From: Chthonomonadales bacterium
GTDB taxonomy: Bacteria; Armatimonadota; Chthonomonadetes; Chthonomonadales; Chthonomonadaceae
Assembly: GCA_038217285.1 (NCBI GenBank)
Contig: JBBQPO010000111.1
Location: forward strand, 1-18,455
Direction: 5' to 3'
Length of the DNA: 18,455 nt
Shown here one piece after another: positions 16,465-18,455 of this stretch; within the stretch, counting starts at the first letter, position 1; every line of letters begins with the position of its first letter. Both the position numbers and the translations under genes were made by a program. The notes under the pieces were generated by a model. The model was not told where the DNA came from, searched no databases, and saw only the letters and a list, made by a program, of their open reading frames with translations.

Positions 16465-17850
16465 TTGAGCAGTGAAACCATCGAAGGTAACAGCAGTACC
16501 GGCGCCGTCAGCGACTACTGGGTCGCCCGGCGCGAAAAGCTTTTCTGGGCGAGTTGCATCTCGCTCATCGTCACCGCCATGTCGTTCGCCATCCGTGGCG
16601 CTATCATCGCCCAACTCGGCAAACAGTTTGCCCTGACGAACGAACAACTGGGTCTCATTACCAGTACTGCGTTCTGGGGATTCGCCATTACAACCATTAT
16701 CGGCGGATGGCTGTGCGATGTCGTTGGAATGGGCAAGCTGCTTACCCTGGCCTTCATCGGACATACCGTCGGTATTGTCACCACGATCTTTGCCGGGTCA
16801 TTCGGCGCGACCAATGTATTCATGACTCTGTTCCTCGGAACGCTCGCATTCGGCCTGGCGAACGGTCTGGTCGAGGCTGCCTGCAATCCTCTGATCGCTA
16901 CGCTCTATCCTGAAGAGAAGATCAAGCGCCTCAACCGCTTTCATATGTGGTTTCCCGGTGGGATCGTCATCGGCGGCCTGCTGGCGTATGCGATCGATCA
17001 GCTTGGCATCGGCGGTGCCGACCATAGCTGGCAGGTTAAGATGCTGACGATGGTACTGCCGTTGGTCATCTACGGCTTCATGTTTTTCGGCAAGAAATTT
17101 CCGAAAACGGAGCGGTCTGCGTCGGGCGTCTCGGCAGCTGACATGTTCAAAGCCTGTGCGACCCCACTCTTCCTCGTCTTCCTGGTCTGTATGTTGTTCT
17201 CCTCCGCGACGGAACTCGTTACTGGCCAGTGGCTACCCACTATTCTGACGGTCACAACCGGTTGGAACGGGATCCTGTTCCTCGTCCTCATCAATGGCCT
17301 GATGGCTATCGGCCGCGCGTTCGCCGGAGACATCGTCCATCGCATCTCGCCGGTCGCGATGCTGATCGGATCCGCGGCCTTTTCAGCGGCGGGTATGTTC
17401 ATGCTGAGCAAAGCCTCGAACGGCAGTTCCGCATTGGTGGCTTCGGTTATCTTCGCGGTCGGCGTCTGTTTCTTCTGGCCGACGATGCTTGGCGTCGTTT
17501 CGGAGCGGTTCCCTCGTACCGGCGCACTGGGGATGTCGATCATGGGCGGCACTGGAATGCTCTCGACCGCCGTCTTCCTGCCCATCGTCGGAAAATACTA
17601 CGATCAGGGCATTAACGCCGCCGTGAATCTAACAAATCCGACACCGGCCCAGTTAGAAGTCTTCAGCAAAGCACCGGCAGGCACACCGGAGGCGGCTCAG
17701 TGGGCGCACGCGCAGGTAGTCGGAGGAAACGCGGGCCTGAACGTTCTCGTCATCCTGCCGGTTATCCTGCTCTTCATCTTCATCGCGATCTTCGTGTACG
17801 ACAAATCGCGTGGCGGCTATAAGAAGGAGATCCTGGTTCAGGATCAGTGA
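16465..17850 (+). CDS. MFS transporter, sugar/fucose-permease-like
   Basis: TTG start after AAGGAGGA; about 12 hydrophobic segments; GGWLCDVVGMGK loop, ANGLVEAACNPLIATLY and WPTMLG..SERFP. Confidence 0.88.
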   Translation: MSSETIEGNSSTGAVSDYWVARREKLFWASCISLIVTAMSFAIRGAIIAQLGKQFALTNEQLGLITSTAFWGFAITTIIGGWLCDVVGMGKLLTLAFIGHTVGIVTTIFAGSFGATNVFMTLFLGTLAFGLANGLVEAACNPLIATLYPEEKIKRLNRFHMWFPGGIVIGGLLAYAIDQLGIGGADHSWQVKMLTMVLPLVIYGFMFFGKKFPKTERSASGVSAADMFKACATPLFLVFLVCMLFSSATELVTGQWLPTILTVTTGWNGILFLVLINGLMAIGRAFAGDIVHRISPVAMLIGSAAFSAAGMFMLSKASNGSSALVASVIFAVGVCFFWPTMLGVVSERFPRTGALGMSIMGGTGMLSTAVFLPIVGKYYDQGINAAVNLTNPTPAQLEVFSKAPAGTPEAAQWAHAQVVGGNAGLNVLVILPVILLFIFIAIFVYDKSRGGYKKEILVQDQ

Positions 17851-17887
17851 TCGCCCGGCCCAACGGCCACAGCCCAAAACATGGTTG

Positions 17888-17927
17888 TCGGGGAGGATTT
17901 CACGCGAAACCTCCCCGATTTCCATTT
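17888..17927 (+). terminator. Probable intrinsic terminator after the MFS gene
   Basis: TCGGGGAGG-a-TTTC-acgc-GAAA-CCTCCCCGA followed by TTTCCATTT. Confidence 0.6.
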
Positions 17928-17968
17928 CGTCGGACATACTATAGAGACTTAGCCGCGAGGACGAACCG

Positions 17969-18455
17969 ATGTCAAACGAACAGATATTCGAGCAGCCCGG
18001 CGAAGAGACGTTGCTGGCGTCTCACCGCCAGTGGCAAACGGGCGCCCTTACCGAGCCGGACATCGAGACGATGGTCGAGATGCACGATGTGATGGCCAGT
18101 GTTATCCAACGCCTTGCAGAACATCGCGTACAGCCTCTCCGGCGAACCGTCGGCGATATCGGGGTATGGAGTTCTGCGGCCCTGCTTCTCCTCCTTTGCA
18201 TGGACCCCCACAGCGGCGCCCCGTACCTTGCCACCCCCCTTCTGCCGGCCATACTTCTCTACAATCGCAGCCTCCATAACCTGGATCGGATGCAAGCGGC
18301 GCTGACTTTACAGGATTATGACAAGCGCTGGATCGGCCCGCTGCTCGAAGCGCTCTCGTGGCCGAATCGTCGGATACGACAGATCGTGCGAATCAAACTC
18401 CTCAATCTCCTGCCGTTTATGACGGAGAGTGATGCCCGTTGCCTGAATCAGATAC
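17969..18455 (+). CDS. Hypothetical protein with a hydrophobic hairpin and HEAT-repeat-like segment; truncated by the right edge
   Basis: Not in the ORF track. ATG 17969 after GAGGA, open to the window end: MSNEQIFEQPGEETLL...IGVWSSAALLLLLCMDPHSGAPYLATPLLPAILLY...DKRWIGPLLEALSWPNRRIRQIVRIKLLNLLPFMTESDARCLNQI. 'D...IGPLLEAL...R.....L..LL' is HEAT/PBS-lyase-like. Confidence 0.65.
   Translation, partial: MSNEQIFEQPGEETLLASHRQWQTGALTEPDIETMVEMHDVMASVIQRLAEHRVQPLRRTVGDIGVWSSAALLLLLCMDPHSGAPYLATPLLPAILLYNRSLHNLDRMQAALTLQDYDKRWIGPLLEALSWPNRRIRQIVRIKLLNLLPFMTESDARCLNQI

Noticed and set aside
1-18455. CRISPR array, tRNA or rRNA
   Set aside because: No regularly spaced repeats or recognisable structural RNA genes in any intergenic gap; all gaps are short.

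Overview
GC-rich bacterial chromosomal window, mostly carbohydrate uptake/catabolism and cell-envelope genes. The gene content (fused solute-binding/permease ABC gene, DUF1549/DUF1553 plus DUF1501 pair, HEAT-like membrane protein) suggests Armatimonadota or another PVC-like soil lineage; that is inference only. Left to right: the 5' half of a tyrosine recombinase (absent from the ORF track, runs off the left edge); a fused SBP-permease sugar ABC gene; a VapBC-type toxin-antitoxin pair; a degenerate, internally deleted duplicate of the ABC gene's promoter and 5' end; L-fucose isomerase; RidA; a short remnant of an ATPase-TPR gene; a minus-strand run (RbsC-like permease, RbsB-like lipoprotein, cytochrome-c DUF1549/DUF1553, DUF1501, Tat FG-GAP propeller, small membrane protein, DUF2752); then DAHP synthase, an MFS sugar permease and a truncated HEAT-like ORF. 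The most striking non-genic structure is the ~94% identical direct repeat (2494-2694 + 2958-3055 versus 3952-4250). It brackets the TA module and places an intact sigma70-type promoter in front of it. Domain and family calls come from motif recognition by eye; no searches were run.
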